Of a DNA stretch of 64,000 nucleotides, positions 62,801 to 64,000 are shown in pieces. Position 1 is the stretch's first letter. Each line of letters starts with the position of its first letter. The stretch is from Nageia nagi (Eukaryota > Plantae > Pinophyta): the NCBI GenBank assembly GCA_050084985.1, contig JBITNC010000001.1:60698001-60762000 (forward strand), read 5' to 3'. The position numbers and the translations under genes were made by a program. Under the pieces are notes generated by a model, which did not search any database, was not told where the DNA came from, and worked only from the letters and a program-made list of their open reading frames with translations.

Positions 62801-64000
62801 GTCCCCTCAAATGGTGCCCCTCAATGTCATTCCCTGTCATTCTTAGTCCCATGGATGTTCTTCTTAGACTAGATACTTCTTCAATGGGCATAATTTTGTA
62901 GGATTGTTGGACCTTCACAGAGCTATCACTAGTCCTAGCATCCTTTGAATCCTAAGTGAAGTCATATTATGGATCCCATTTCTCCTCATCCCCAAAGTGG
63001 ATGGGATGTCCACCCATTGCCTTTTGATCTAATTGGTTGGGGTGATGTGAGCATGTCCTCCATGACCTGGAAGGATGTTGTTAATACACATTTTACTGAG
63101 GAAGATAATAATGAGGATATCAATGATCCAAATGATGATGGATGATGTGAATCAATCCTTGGAAACCAAGGCTAGGAGTATCTAGGTGATGTGGAAAACT
63201 TTCATCTACCCCAATCTTCTACCTAGGTTATTATCTTTTTTTTGTGTTAATGATTACCTATCCCATGTTTTCTGGCTACTGTTAACTATTTTGTACTAGC
63301 AAGTTTTTTGTGTTTCTTTCTATCCACCTTATTTCCTAACTCTATTTAGTTTGAAGGGGTTATGTTTTCCAGCTATGTTTGATCATGGAATGTGCCTAAT
63401 TCCACTCGCCCCTTTTTTGTATGAAAGAGATTTTAATTTTATATAAGGTCTTTTTCATCGAAAAAAAAGTTACTATTAATAACCCTTCATGTTATTTCTA
63501 TATTTAACAAAAAATTTATTATTATTATTATTTATTATTCTTAAATAATTATTTACTATTTATCCTTCATTTAGTATTTCATAAAGTTTTATCAATGTTG
63601 TTCTAATTAGCTAGATTTGTTAACTTTGTAAATTTTCATAATCCTCCATTTTAGTAAATATAACTTCGTACTATACCTATGTGATGGAAGTTCAAGGGAG
63701 TATTTTTCTATTCTTACTATATTTCATGTCATGTTTTCTCTCCTTTGCAATGAGGAATTATATGGTGCATATCATCACACTTACAAATGGGGTGACTCTT
63801 GATACTTAAAAATAGATACAATTATATATTTTAGATGTCTTAAAAATAAATGATGATATATATACTTTATTTTGATATTATTAATGATGCATTATCAAAT
63901 TAAGTTGACTTTAATATTATATCATTTTATTTTGTTCTTTTGTGGTATAAGGATTAAGGGAGCATTGAGCAAGTTAACTGTGGCTAGGAGGAAATTTATC
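58370..64000. repeat. Recent direct duplication: 58370-60340 repeated at 62032-64000 (period ~3.66 kb, runs off the window)
   Basis: Near-identical sequence starting at tttgtatca.gatgataaatccac in both places and continuing beyond the LINE poly(A). Confidence 0.95.

Overview
AT-rich, strongly CpG-depleted plant nuclear DNA, probably from a gymnosperm (inferred from the element types). Almost all of it is retroelement debris, and I found no intact host gene, rRNA, tRNA or CRISPR array. The centre is a four-level nest. An LTR of family X (17629-48743) is split by Copia A (17952-47815, minus strand, TSD TATTA). The integrase of A is split by a related, pol-less element B (21493-42831). B carries a young tandem Copia C (LTR-internal-LTR-internal, 27431-33872, plus strand), whose right end is a patchwork of templated filler DNA. 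B also carries a roughly 7 kb L1-type LINE with an apparent third ORF after ORF2. The left flank holds Gypsy relics, a Tork-like Copia (T, 5808-10087) and an endogenous caulimovirid (about 12450-16650) with a nested tandem duplication. The right flank holds a duplicated promoter-like segment in which only one copy keeps its CpGs, SINE-like elements, a 3' LINE fragment and a recent duplication with a period of about 3.66 kb. All alignments, translations and counts were done by eye, and coordinates of old relics are approximate.
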